The position numbers and the translations under genes were made by a program. Under the pieces are notes generated by a model, which saw only the letters and a list, made by a program, of their open reading frames with translations, made no database searches and was not told the DNA's origin. Source: Microgenomates group bacterium GW2011_GWC1_46_15 (GTDB taxonomy: Bacteria > Patescibacteriota > Microgenomatia > UBA1400 > UBA12028). Taken from it: a stretch of 64,000 nucleotides of DNA. Shown in pieces: positions 29,673 to 38,483 of the stretch (positions are counted from its first letter, which is position 1; every line of letters starts with the position of its first letter). The stretch is taken from the NCBI GenBank assembly GCA_001002285.1, contig LCLX01000001.1, positions 64,030 through 128,029 on the forward strand, given 5' to 3'.

Positions 29673-30923
29673 ATGAAGAAACAATTTCTTTCAACTCTTC
29701 AACAAGAACTTTCCCGCCTCGATACTGTTGGCATTTCCAAGCGCCGCGAGCGTGTCATAGAAAAGTTCACAGACGATCCCTCTCCGCAAGCCGTTATCCA
29801 AAAAAAGGCCCGCCGCATTTTTAACTCAAACGACTATCTTGGACTGCGTTTTCATCCAGCGCTTAAAAAAGCAGAACATGAGGCGTCGGAAAAATATGGT
29901 GTTGGCCCCGGAGCAGTACGGTTTATTTCTGGCTCGTTGGAAATTTACCACGAACTCGAACACGAAATCGCGAAGTTTCACAACAGAGAAGACGCGATGG
30001 TTATTTCTTCCGCGTTTGCGGCGAACGTCGCGGTTATTCCATGTTTTATCAAAGGTCAAAGTAAAGACTCGCTCGTGAGTGAGAACGCGCTTGTCGTGTC
30101 CGATGAGCTGAATCACCGCAGCATTATTGAAGGAGTACGTGCCGCAAGCATTGATTCGTTCCATAAAGCGATTTTTAAGCACATGGACGCGGAAGATTTG
30201 CGCCGCGTGTTAAAAGAAAATGAAGGAAAGTTTACGCGTGTTGTTGTGGTAACGGACGGTATTTTCAGCATGCTCGGCGAGTATCAGGATATAAAAAAAC
30301 TCCGCGCTGTTTGCGACGCATTTGAACAGAAGTACGAGGAGGGGATTGTGCTGATTGTTGACGACGCGCACGGTGTTGGATGTTTTGGAAAAACCGGCCG
30401 CGGTGTGGAAGAAGTATGTGGAGCGCGCGCAGATATTTTAGTGGGTACATTGGGGAAAGCATTTGGTGTAGACGGTGGATATATTGTTGGAGATACAATT
30501 GCGATTGATTACCTACGCGAGGCGGCGGCGACGTACATTTACTCCAATCCAATTTCTCCGGGAGCGGCGGGTGCGGGAGTTGCGGCATTTGAACTTATGC
30601 AAAGAGCAGAAGGAAAAAAACTTCTCGCGCAGTCACAGCACAACATCGCGTTTTTTAAATCACTCATGAAAAAAGAAAAGTTCCAGTTTTCAGCAGACTC
30701 GCACCATCCTATTCAACCGTTGTTTGTTGGTGATTCGATTATTGCAAAATCACTTGCGCAAGCGCTATTTGATGAAGGATTTTTAGTGACGAATATTAAC
30801 TATCCCGTTGTGCCAAAAGGGAGAGATGAAATCCGTATTCAAATCAGCGCGATCCACACGGAAGAAGACATCCGGATATTCGTTGAAACGCTCAAAAAAC
30901 TCCGCAAAACAATAAAGTTTTAA
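29673..30923 (+). CDS. PLP-dependent alpha-oxoamine synthase (Kbl/BioF family)
   Basis: NSNDYLGL, GAVRFISG, SDELNHRSII, DGIFSM, VDDAHG, GTLGKAFG; start at ATG 29673. Confidence 0.92.
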   Translation: MKKQFLSTLQQELSRLDTVGISKRRERVIEKFTDDPSPQAVIQKKARRIFNSNDYLGLRFHPALKKAEHEASEKYGVGPGAVRFISGSLEIYHELEHEIAKFHNREDAMVISSAFAANVAVIPCFIKGQSKDSLVSENALVVSDELNHRSIIEGVRAASIDSFHKAIFKHMDAEDLRRVLKENEGKFTRVVVVTDGIFSMLGEYQDIKKLRAVCDAFEQKYEEGIVLIVDDAHGVGCFGKTGRGVEEVCGARADILVGTLGKAFGVDGGYIVGDTIAIDYLREAAATYIYSNPISPGAAGAGVAAFELMQRAEGKKLLAQSQHNIAFFKSLMKKEKFQFSADSHHPIQPLFVGDSIIAKSLAQALFDEGFLVTNINYPVVPKGRDEIRIQISAIHTEEDIRIFVETLKKLRKTIKF

Positions 30924-30924
30924 T

Positions 30925-31674
30925 TTACTTGTGAAGTGTGTACGGAACTTTCAACTTAAACTCTTGGTTTTTCATTCTCTGAACAACAGGATGTTCACCT
31001 GGGACAGTTTTTTTCTGGTCAACAACTTCTTCCAATATGGTATCCGCCTCCTCATATGTGAATCCAAACTCCTGTTCATCTGTTTGCCCGTTCCACAATC
31101 CAGCGGATGGATGTTTCGCTAAAATCTGGTGTGGTAATCCAAGGTACTGCGCGATCTGCCGAACTTGCGTTTTATACAGATGCGCAATAGGCTCAATGTC
31201 GGATGCCGCATCGCCAAACCGCGTAAAATAGCCCAAGTAATGTTCTGATTTATTTTCTGTTCCACACACCAGCGCGTTGAGCGACTTTGCGAGATCAAAC
31301 AATATAATCATGCGGACGCGCGCCATAATATTCCCTTTGCGAATGGTTTCGGAAGAAGAAACGCGTACATCTCTACACAATGTATCAACGGGTTTTTTTA
31401 TATTCATAATTTTCCACTGCATGGGAGTAAAAGAGTTCCACACACACATTGTTTTTGCATCATCCATGTTTTGTTTTGCGTATGGCAGTAACACCGGAGT
31501 AATGTGCTCCACCCCAAGCGCACGAGTGAGCAACGTAAGCGCAAGTGCAGAGTCAATGCCGCCGGAAACACCAATCACCGCGTAATGAATCTGTTGTTGC
31601 GCAAACGTGTTGCGGATGAACAAAACAATACGGTCAATATGTTTTTGCGCGATAGTATTTGTCATGTCGTTCAT
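30925..31674 (-). CDS. nadE: NH3-dependent NAD+ synthetase
   Basis: SGGIDS, GNIMARVRM, GYFTRFGD, PSAGLW.GQTDE. Confidence 0.95.
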   Translation of the reverse strand: MNDMTNTIAQKHIDRIVLFIRNTFAQQQIHYAVIGVSGGIDSALALTLLTRALGVEHITPVLLPYAKQNMDDAKTMCVWNSFTPMQWKIMNIKKPVDTLCRDVRVSSSETIRKGNIMARVRMIILFDLAKSLNALVCGTENKSEHYLGYFTRFGDAASDIEPIAHLYKTQVRQIAQYLGLPHQILAKHPSAGLWNGQTDEQEFGFTYEEADTILEEVVDQKKTVPGEHPVVQRMKNQEFKLKVPYTLHK

Positions 31675-31683
31675 GGTTTTATT

Positions 31684-32238
31684 TTATCCGACGTAGAGTC
31701 TATTTTCCTGAATATACTGCGTAACTGCTGGAGGAACAAGATTGTGTAGGGATTGATTGTTTTTTACGCGCGCACGGACTTCAGTGGAAGAAATATCAAT
31801 TGTTGGCATGGTAGTCAATCCCACCATTCCTGGGAGCAAACCGTTAAGTGGAAAACCAGTGCGCGGATATACATATATCTTGAACTTTTGCAGAAGCTCT
31901 GTATAGTGATGCCATTTTGGAAATAATGGAAGCTGATCGCTGCCGATGAGCCAAGAAAAGGAGTCCTGCGGTTGGGTTACCGCAAAATGGTTAAGCGTAT
32001 CAATAGAGTAACTTGGCCGGTGAGACTCAGCTTCAAAAAGATTGATTGTGTGGGCGTGAAGGAGTTTTAACATTGCAATACGGTGGGTGGTTGGACTCAA
32101 ATGTTTGGCAAACGGGTGTTTCGCGCACGGCACAAACCACGCCTCATCCGCAACGTTGGCTTGAATAATGTGATCGGCTACTTTGAGATGGCCATTATGT
32201 GGGGGATCGAAGCTTCCGCCAAAGAGCGTGATGTGCAT
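31684..32238 (-). CDS. nadD: Nicotinate/nicotinamide mononucleotide adenylyltransferase
   Basis: FGGSFDPPHNGH, SYSIDT, IGSD, ISSTEVR. Confidence 0.95.
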   Translation of the reverse strand: MHITLFGGSFDPPHNGHLKVADHIIQANVADEAWFVPCAKHPFAKHLSPTTHRIAMLKLLHAHTINLFEAESHRPSYSIDTLNHFAVTQPQDSFSWLIGSDQLPLFPKWHHYTELLQKFKIYVYPRTGFPLNGLLPGMVGLTTMPTIDISSTEVRARVKNNQSLHNLVPPAVTQYIQENRLYVG

Positions 32239-32312
32239 AGGGTGTATTGTAGCGCATGGGACATATCTGGGATGACATGATAAAATATGCCTTTGATACA
32301 TCAATAAACGAA

Positions 32313-32398
32313 GGAGGAGTGCAACAGTGGTCCACTTGGGCGGTTCGCTAAACCGCTGAGTCGAAAGACTCGCGTGGGTTCGAATCCCACCTCCTCCG
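32313..32398 (+). tRNA. tRNA-Ser(GCT)
   Basis: Acceptor GGAGGAG/CTCCTCC, GCGGT-TCGCTAA-ACCGC, variable arm GAGTC-GAAA-GACTC, T arm GTGGG-TTCGAAT-CCCAC. Confidence 0.92.
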
Positions 32399-32407
32399 CA
32401 TATTTCT

Positions 32408-32842
32408 ATGATTACGCCAACCGTTTTTCCATCAGAAATTCCAATTTATGTGGGTGATTCCAAAATTCCTGGAGTAGTCCGTGGAATTATGGCGTCCCGC
32501 GACATTAAAAAAGGCGAGTTGATCGAAAAATGCCCGCTTGTATTTATTCCAATATCAGAAGAAAAATACATCAAGAATACCGTCATTTGGAAGTACTATT
32601 TTGAGTGGACAAAAAAATATCATATCCTCGTTCTTGGATACGGGAGTTTATATAACCACTCATTCGAGCCGAATGCACAGTACTCGCACGACTACAAAAA
32701 GAATTTTTTACTATTCCGCGCAATCAAGAATATTCCAGCGCACGAAGAAATTTTTGTGAACTATAACTGGCATCCAGACAACGTTGAACCGCTCGACCCC
32801 GTGCACGGCATTCCGGACTTTTCTGGCGCCCAAGCAAAGTAA
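32408..32842 (+). CDS. SET-domain protein (putative lysine methyltransferase)
   Basis: RGIMASRDIKKGE, GSLYNHS..PN, EEIFVNY. Confidence 0.9.
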   Translation: MITPTVFPSEIPIYVGDSKIPGVVRGIMASRDIKKGELIEKCPLVFIPISEEKYIKNTVIWKYYFEWTKKYHILVLGYGSLYNHSFEPNAQYSHDYKKNFLLFRAIKNIPAHEEIFVNYNWHPDNVEPLDPVHGIPDFSGAQAK

Positions 32843-33280
32843 TTATTTTTCTGATTTTTCCGCGAGATATTCCTCTCCTTGATCCACATCTGAGACTCCA
32901 TGAATTTGACGAATCTGTGTGGTATGTGCATCAAGGCGACTCGTTGTTGATTGACGGATTTCATGAATATCTTCCCGCATGGAAATTAACTGCACCTCTA
33001 CACGGCCTAATCGCGCTTCAATGGAACCAAATCTTGAATTTATCTCAACAAATCGCTTCTCCATTTTTATATCGTACAGTTCAAACGACTCTTTCAGCTC
33101 GACTTTTGTTGCAAACGTTGTGTTCATATATGGAAGCATCGTGTGTTCCCAAAACCTTGCAATGGTTTTTTGTACAACCTCTTGTACGATATTCGGAACT
33201 TCCTCACGGATAATTTCGCGCACAATGGTTTTTACGTCATCCTTTGTGACTGGTTTTTCATCACGTTGTGTTGAACGCAT
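32843..33280 (-). CDS. Coiled-coil hypothetical protein
   Basis: AAGGAGG SD; VTKDDVK/FATKVELK motifs and heptad repeats. Confidence 0.7.
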   Translation of the reverse strand: MRSTQRDEKPVTKDDVKTIVREIIREEVPNIVQEVVQKTIARFWEHTMLPYMNTTFATKVELKESFELYDIKMEKRFVEINSRFGSIEARLGRVEVQLISMREDIHEIRQSTTSRLDAHTTQIRQIHGVSDVDQGEEYLAEKSEK

Positions 33281-33466
33281 ACGACCTCCTTTGGCCAAGT
33301 GGCCAGACTATGTAAAGAATAATGAGATCGCTCGCTGTGTGGAATGTGGACGCCCCTATATGTAGGTAAAAACAGTATGAGGGCGACGAACGTATGATCG
33401 TTATACACGCACTTTTTTCACCGGTCAACGGAATCTTTATATATCATCATGCATCATCCTTCTGCG

Positions 33467-33545
33467 TTGACCCAACTCCCGCCATGTGATACACTACCGC
33501 AGGTCATTGAACGGTATAAGAAGAGGTGGGGTTTCCCGCCTTTTT
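33467..33545 (+). promoter_or_regulatory. nusA promoter plus rimP-leader-like hairpin
   Basis: TTGACC(33467)-17nt-TACACT; AGAGGTGGG-GTTT-CCCGCCTTTTT hairpin at 33521-33545. Confidence 0.7.
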
Positions 33546-33561
33546 GTTTCTAAGGAGCACT

Positions 33562-35034
33562 ATGGCAACACTACAGCACGCACAAATGCGATCGGATTTT
33601 TCAATTGCGCTCAACCAAATCGCAACAGAGCGGGGTATTGAACCAGACATTGTTCTCAAATCAATTGAGGAGGCAATTGTCGCGGCATACAAAAAAGACA
33701 TGAATATTGCCGCCGATGATGAAGTTGCGATTGACGTTTCTTCCGTTGAGTATGACGACAAAGCCATCCCCGCTGTGAAATCTGATCCAGGCGTTTCGTA
33801 TGTTGGGCAGCTTGATCCAGTGACCGGCGAAGCAAAAGTATTCAAACTTGATGGAAAAAAGAAAACAGACGTAACCCCCGCAGGCTTTGGGCGCATTGCG
33901 GCACAGACTGCAAAACAAGTCATTCTCCAAAAAGTCCGCGAAGCAGAAAAAGACGCGGTTATTAAAGATTTCACCACAAAAATCGGAACAATTATGGCAG
34001 GTATGATTGTCCGCTACGACGGCAAAAACGTCATTGTGGACATCGGCCGTGGCCAAGGATACATGCCGCCGGAAGAGCAGATGCGCGGCGAGTTTTACCG
34101 CATTGGTTCCCGTCTCACTGTGTATATTGCAGACATCCGCGAAACCATGCGCGGCCAAACAATTATCGTGTCGCGCGCAGCCAAAGAGTTGGTTGTTGAG
34201 TTGTTCCGCCGAGAAGTTCCAGAAGTTGCTTCTAATGCGGTTGAAGTAAAAGCAATTGCCCGCGAAGCAGGCGTGCGCACAAAGATTGCGGTGTTTTCAT
34301 CGCAGACAGGTGTTGACCCGGTTGGTTCATGCGTTGGTCAAAAAGGTGTTCGTGTACAAGAAGTCATCCGTGAACTGAACAACGAAAAGATTGACATCAT
34401 TCAATACACCGAAACACCAAAATTATTTCTTGAAGCAGCACTTGCTCCAGCCGAGAACTTGTTGATTGATATTGATGAAAAGAAGCATTCTGCGAATGTT
34501 ACATGTCCAGACGACCAAGTGTCGTTGGCAATTGGCCGCGGCGGGCAGAACGTGCGCTTAGCCGCTAAGCTGACAGGATACAAAATCAGCATTAAGTCGG
34601 CTTCCGGTGTTCAGGCCGCAACCGCGACCGGCGACGAAGAGTTTGAGATTGATCAGCTCCCACTTACGCCTGAAATCCGCACAATGCTTGTTGAAAAGGG
34701 ATACACGATGTTGTTCCAGCTCCGAGAGCATTTTGCAGAAGTTGAAGCAATTGATGGAGCAAAGAAAAAAGATGTAGATGCATTGAGAAAATCATTGGAG
34801 GCTGGTCAGCCAATACGGCCAGTTGAACCGGTTGTGGCGGTAGTTGCTCCAACAGCGCCGGTTGCAGAAGAGCCAGCAGTTGCAGAAGAGCCAGTAACTC
34901 CGGTAGTTGCGCCAGCAGTAGAAGTGGCACCTATGGCTGCAGAAGCAGCTCCAGTTGTCGTAGCGCCCACGGTGGAAGAAGTAAAGCCCATTGAAGAAGT
35001 GAAACCAGTCATTGAAGAGGCTAAACAGCAATAG
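33562..35034 (+). CDS. nusA: Transcription factor NusA
   Basis: FGRIAAQTAKQVI, S1, REAGVRTK, SLAIGRGGQNVRLAAKLTG; Ala/Pro/Val/Glu tail; AAGGAG SD. Confidence 0.97.
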   Translation: MATLQHAQMRSDFSIALNQIATERGIEPDIVLKSIEEAIVAAYKKDMNIAADDEVAIDVSSVEYDDKAIPAVKSDPGVSYVGQLDPVTGEAKVFKLDGKKKTDVTPAGFGRIAAQTAKQVILQKVREAEKDAVIKDFTTKIGTIMAGMIVRYDGKNVIVDIGRGQGYMPPEEQMRGEFYRIGSRLTVYIADIRETMRGQTIIVSRAAKELVVELFRREVPEVASNAVEVKAIAREAGVRTKIAVFSSQTGVDPVGSCVGQKGVRVQEVIRELNNEKIDIIQYTETPKLFLEAALAPAENLLIDIDEKKHSANVTCPDDQVSLAIGRGGQNVRLAAKLTGYKISIKSASGVQAATATGDEEFEIDQLPLTPEIRTMLVEKGYTMLFQLREHFAEVEAIDGAKKKDVDALRKSLEAGQPIRPVEPVVAVVAPTAPVAEEPAVAEEPVTPVVAPAVEVAPMAAEAAPVVVAPTVEEVKPIEEVKPVIEEAKQQ

Positions 35035-35084
35035 GCATCATGGAATACGCACTATGAAAACCGTGCGCCGAAAGGATTTGAGAC

Positions 35085-36614
35085 ATGGCAATGCAAGAAC
35101 GACCACCCGTCGTTACAATCATGGGTCATGTCGATCACGGCAAGACCTCGCTTCTTGATGCGATTCGCAAAACATCCGTTGCCGCAAAAGAAACCGGCGG
35201 TATTACTCAGCACATCGGTTCCTACCAAATTCAGCACAAAACCAAAACAATCACTTTTATTGATACACCAGGCCACGCAGCGTTTTCCGCGATGCGTTCC
35301 CGTGGCGCTCAGGCAACCGACATCGTCATTCTCGTGGTTTCTGCAGCCGAAGGTGTAAAACCGCAAACGGTTGAGTCCATTCAGCACATTAAAAAGGCTG
35401 GCGTCCAGTATCTTGTGGCGTTGACAAAAATGGACTTGCCGGATGCCAACCCGGAAATGGTGAAGGCCCAGCTTACCGAACGCGAAGTATTTGTCGAGGG
35501 ATACGGTGGAGATATCGTGTGCGTTCCCGTCAGCGCGAAAAAGGGCGAAGGGCTAGATAAATTATTAGAAATGGTTTTACTTATTGCTGAACTGGCCGAG
35601 CTCAAAGCGGATCCTGTTGGCGCGCTCCAGGGCGTTGTCATTGAGTCCAAGCGCGACGCACACCGCGGAACATTGGCAACGATTTTGGTGAAAAACGGCA
35701 CGCTCCGTGTTGGCGATACCATCTTTGCGGAACACGTAGAGGCAAGAGTCCGCACAATGCAGACGGCGGATGGTGTTTCGATCAAAGAAGCGGTCCCCTC
35801 AATGCCGGTAGAAATTGTTGGGTGGGAAGGTATTCCAAAGGTGGGGAGTTCGGTTACATCAACAAAACAAGAAGTGATTGCGATAGCGCCCGCCATAGTT
35901 CCGGAACTTCCAGCTGCTTCAACCGCTCCCGCAGTGCAAGAACTTCCTCCTGTAACAGGATTGGCTCTACCCACCGCAGTTACTGTTACCCCAGTTACCG
36001 TCGCTACTCCCGCTCCTGAAGAAAAAGAGAAACCAAAACTTAAGATCATCCTCAAGTCCGACACCGTTGGCACGCTCGAGGCCATTCAAGCCAGTATTGC
36101 GGGCGACGAAATCCTCACAATCTCCTCTGGTGTTGGCGAGATCAACGATGCCGACGTCCTTATGGCAGAGTCAACCGGCGCACGCATCCTTGGATTTAAC
36201 GTAAAAGCAGCAAGTTCAGTCAAGAAAATTGCCGAAACGCACGGTGTCAAACTCAAAACATACACGATTATTTATGACTTGATCGAAGATGTGCAAAAAC
36301 AGGCGCTTAAGCTCATCGAACCCACGATTGACGAAGAGGAACTTGGTTCAGCAGACGTGATTGCGGTGTTCGAGATGAAAGGCGAGCGGATCGCAGGGTG
36401 CAAAATAAAAACCGGCGAGATTACCAAAACCCAGCTCTATCACATCAAGCGTGGCGGCGAAATTATCGCCAACCCCAAGATTAAATCTATCCACCACAAT
36501 AAGCTGGATATTGAGTCCGCCAAGGCGGGCACCGACTGCGGCATTGTGTTCCGCGGTTTTAGCGATGCCCAGATTGGCGATCTTCTTACCTCATACCGCG
36601 TGAAGGATGAGTAG
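35085..36614 (+). CDS. infB: Translation initiation factor IF-2 (no N-terminal domain)
   Basis: RPPVVTIMGHVDHGKTSLLD, GGITQHIG, DTPGH, TKMD. Confidence 0.97.
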   Translation: MAMQERPPVVTIMGHVDHGKTSLLDAIRKTSVAAKETGGITQHIGSYQIQHKTKTITFIDTPGHAAFSAMRSRGAQATDIVILVVSAAEGVKPQTVESIQHIKKAGVQYLVALTKMDLPDANPEMVKAQLTEREVFVEGYGGDIVCVPVSAKKGEGLDKLLEMVLLIAELAELKADPVGALQGVVIESKRDAHRGTLATILVKNGTLRVGDTIFAEHVEARVRTMQTADGVSIKEAVPSMPVEIVGWEGIPKVGSSVTSTKQEVIAIAPAIVPELPAASTAPAVQELPPVTGLALPTAVTVTPVTVATPAPEEKEKPKLKIILKSDTVGTLEAIQASIAGDEILTISSGVGEINDADVLMAESTGARILGFNVKAASSVKKIAETHGVKLKTYTIIYDLIEDVQKQALKLIEPTIDEEELGSADVIAVFEMKGERIAGCKIKTGEITKTQLYHIKRGGEIIANPKIKSIHHNKLDIESAKAGTDCGIVFRGFSDAQIGDLLTSYRVKDE

Positions 36615-36628
36615 CAATAATCGTGCGT

Positions 36629-36895
36629 TTAAGGCTTATACACTTCTTTGCGATGAGCAATGCGCATGATAGAAATATGTTGATTTGATTTTTGCTTATG
36701 TACCACGTAAATAATGCGGTAATCACCCGAACGTAAACGGTAAGTATCGCGTTCTCCATGAAGCTTTTTACATCCGTGTGGAAACGGTTCATTCGAGAGA
36801 AGATCGATTTTTTTAACAATTTGAAACTTGTTGCCTGAGGGAAGTTTGAGTAATGCACGCTTTGCCGAGGGAATAATGGTGACTATGGCGGGCAT
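36629..36895 (-). CDS. RelE/ParE family toxin
   Basis: P.PHGCKKLHG, YRLRSGDYRIIY, IAHRKEVY. Confidence 0.9.
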   Translation of the reverse strand: MPAIVTIIPSAKRALLKLPSGNKFQIVKKIDLLSNEPFPHGCKKLHGERDTYRLRSGDYRIIYVVHKQKSNQHISIMRIAHRKEVYKP

Positions 36896-37164
36896 TAAAG
36901 ATAATCCTCCGCCTTAAATGGAACTGCCTTTTTTAATTCTCCCGCAGCTATTGCCCGACGTACCTCCGCAGCATCTCCCTTGTCGTAAAATCCGTTGGCA
37001 TATTTCTCGAGGTATTCAAGATATTCCGGGTCAACCAGAGCAGCTTTTGGCTTACTATTTTGCACAATAATAATAGGCTCAATTGCCGATGTAAGCCGAT
37101 CAAGCCAGGCGTTAAGGTTCTGGCGAAAATCGGTAACAGATACAATATTTTGTACAGTAAACAT
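36895..37164 (-). CDS. Phd/YefM family antitoxin
   Basis: VSVTDFRQN...EPIIIVQNSKPKAALV. Confidence 0.88.
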   Translation of the reverse strand: MFTVQNIVSVTDFRQNLNAWLDRLTSAIEPIIIVQNSKPKAALVDPEYLEYLEKYANGFYDKGDAAEVRRAIAAGELKKAVPFKAEDYL

Positions 37165-37223
37165 AACAGAATTATGTACGTTATTTGAACTATTGTCAAT
37201 AGGTAAGCGAAACAGTGTGTTTC

Positions 37224-37312
37224 GAGGAACTCAGGGTAGTCCCCCCTCAAGTGAAATAGTTATTCTTTTTTGAACTCAGGGTGCAGGGTTCCCTGGAGAG
37301 AAAAAGAATAAC
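37224..37312. repeat. Structured repeat element, copy 1 plus a partial copy
   Basis: Core GAACTCAGGGT-GCA-GGGTTCCCTGGAGA inside a 12-bp inverted repeat GTTATTCTTTTT/AAAAAGAATAAC; partial GAGGAACTCAGGGTA at 37224. Confidence 0.75.
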
Positions 37313-37360
37313 AATGAACATTTTCATTGATTGTTCCGCCCCCGGTGGTATAATGCGCGC

Positions 37361-38392
37361 ATGATTGTTCCACAGGACGTGGTCTCACTCAAAGAGGTGT
37401 TCCAAAAAGCTCAAACGGCGTACGTGCTGATCAGCAGTTTTCCTACGTATGACAGTGTCGCCTCAGCCCTTGCGCTGTACTTTGCGCTCACTGATGCGGG
37501 TAAAGACGTCCATATCGCCTGTCCCGCACCCATGCGTGTCGAGTTTTCCCACCTATTTGGCGTGGATAAAATCAGCGAAAAAATGGGCAACCGTAACCTG
37601 ATGGTTTCGTTCGATTACGAGGAAAACAGTGTCGAGAAGGTCAGTTACACGATCAGCGATGACGGAAAAAAGTTTAACCTCATTATTTCGCCAAAAACCG
37701 GTGGCCGGTCACTTGATCCTGCAAAGATCGAGTACTCACACACGGGCGCCGAAGCAGATCTCGTGTTTATGGTTGGCGTTTCCCAGTTTGAAGATCTTGC
37801 CGAGTTCTATGAAAACGAGCGTGGATTGTACACAAGCGCCTACACCGTTGCCATTTCTCCATATGAAACCACACCGTTTGCTGCATTGACGCTGAACACC
37901 GAAGGCCAGTCGTGTATTTCAGAAGGCATGACCGTGTTGTTGAAGGAACTTGGGATAAATCCGCATGATGACGTTGCAACCAACCTCTTGTCTGCGATGG
38001 AGCAGGCCACCAACCGTTTCCAGTCGCTTGGCATGACCGCCGAAACATTTGATCTGGTTGCGTACCTATTGCGCAATGGCGCCCGCCGGTCTACACCTAT
38101 CACAATGAATCCCGCGCTCAATCCTCACGTTTCGGGTTCGACTCCTTCATTTGCTGAGGTTTTGCGTGCTCGGGCACAAGGCCAACCTATCCCAGTAATG
38201 CCGGTGCAGCCGATGCTCGTAACACAACCAATGATGTCGGGCCAGCCCGGAATAACAGGCCAGCCAGGTGTGCAAAATCAAAACGTCATTCACCAACTCC
38301 AGCATGAAGAACAGCACATCGTTCAGCCAACCCAACCTGCGCCAGACGAATGGACCAAGCCAAAGATTTTTACGGGGAAGACAATGGTGTAA
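37361..38392 (+). CDS. Degenerate DHH-family (NrnA-like) protein
   Basis: D.VASALAL, ATNLLSAM..TNRF pattern; catalytic motifs lost; Pro/Gln-rich tail ending DEWTKPKIFTG. Confidence 0.75.
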   Translation: MIVPQDVVSLKEVFQKAQTAYVLISSFPTYDSVASALALYFALTDAGKDVHIACPAPMRVEFSHLFGVDKISEKMGNRNLMVSFDYEENSVEKVSYTISDDGKKFNLIISPKTGGRSLDPAKIEYSHTGAEADLVFMVGVSQFEDLAEFYENERGLYTSAYTVAISPYETTPFAALTLNTEGQSCISEGMTVLLKELGINPHDDVATNLLSAMEQATNRFQSLGMTAETFDLVAYLLRNGARRSTPITMNPALNPHVSGSTPSFAEVLRARAQGQPIPVMPVQPMLVTQPMMSGQPGITGQPGVQNQNVIHQLQHEEQHIVQPTQPAPDEWTKPKIFTGKTMV

Positions 38393-38426
38393 AAAAACTA
38401 CCATTTTCTCTAGAACATTCCCAAAC

Positions 38427-38456
38427 TTGACAAGAAGTGTGTGTGTGTGTGATGCT
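38427..38456 (+). promoter_or_regulatory. Putative promoter containing a (GT)7 tract
   Basis: TTGACA 38427-38432, (GT)7G 38437-38451, weak TG-n-GATGCT -10. Confidence 0.5.
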
Positions 38457-38483
38457 GATGTTACGAGATATTAAAGGAGCGTT

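Noticed and set aside
33350-33390. CGCCC...GGGCG imperfect hairpin between the coiled-coil gene and nusA
   Set aside because: Single, short and mismatched; cannot be distinguished from chance.
34830-35034. Short repeats at the nusA 3' end (GTTGCAGAAGAGCCAG twice; EEVKP twice)
   Set aside because: Coding low-complexity tail, not an independent repeat element.
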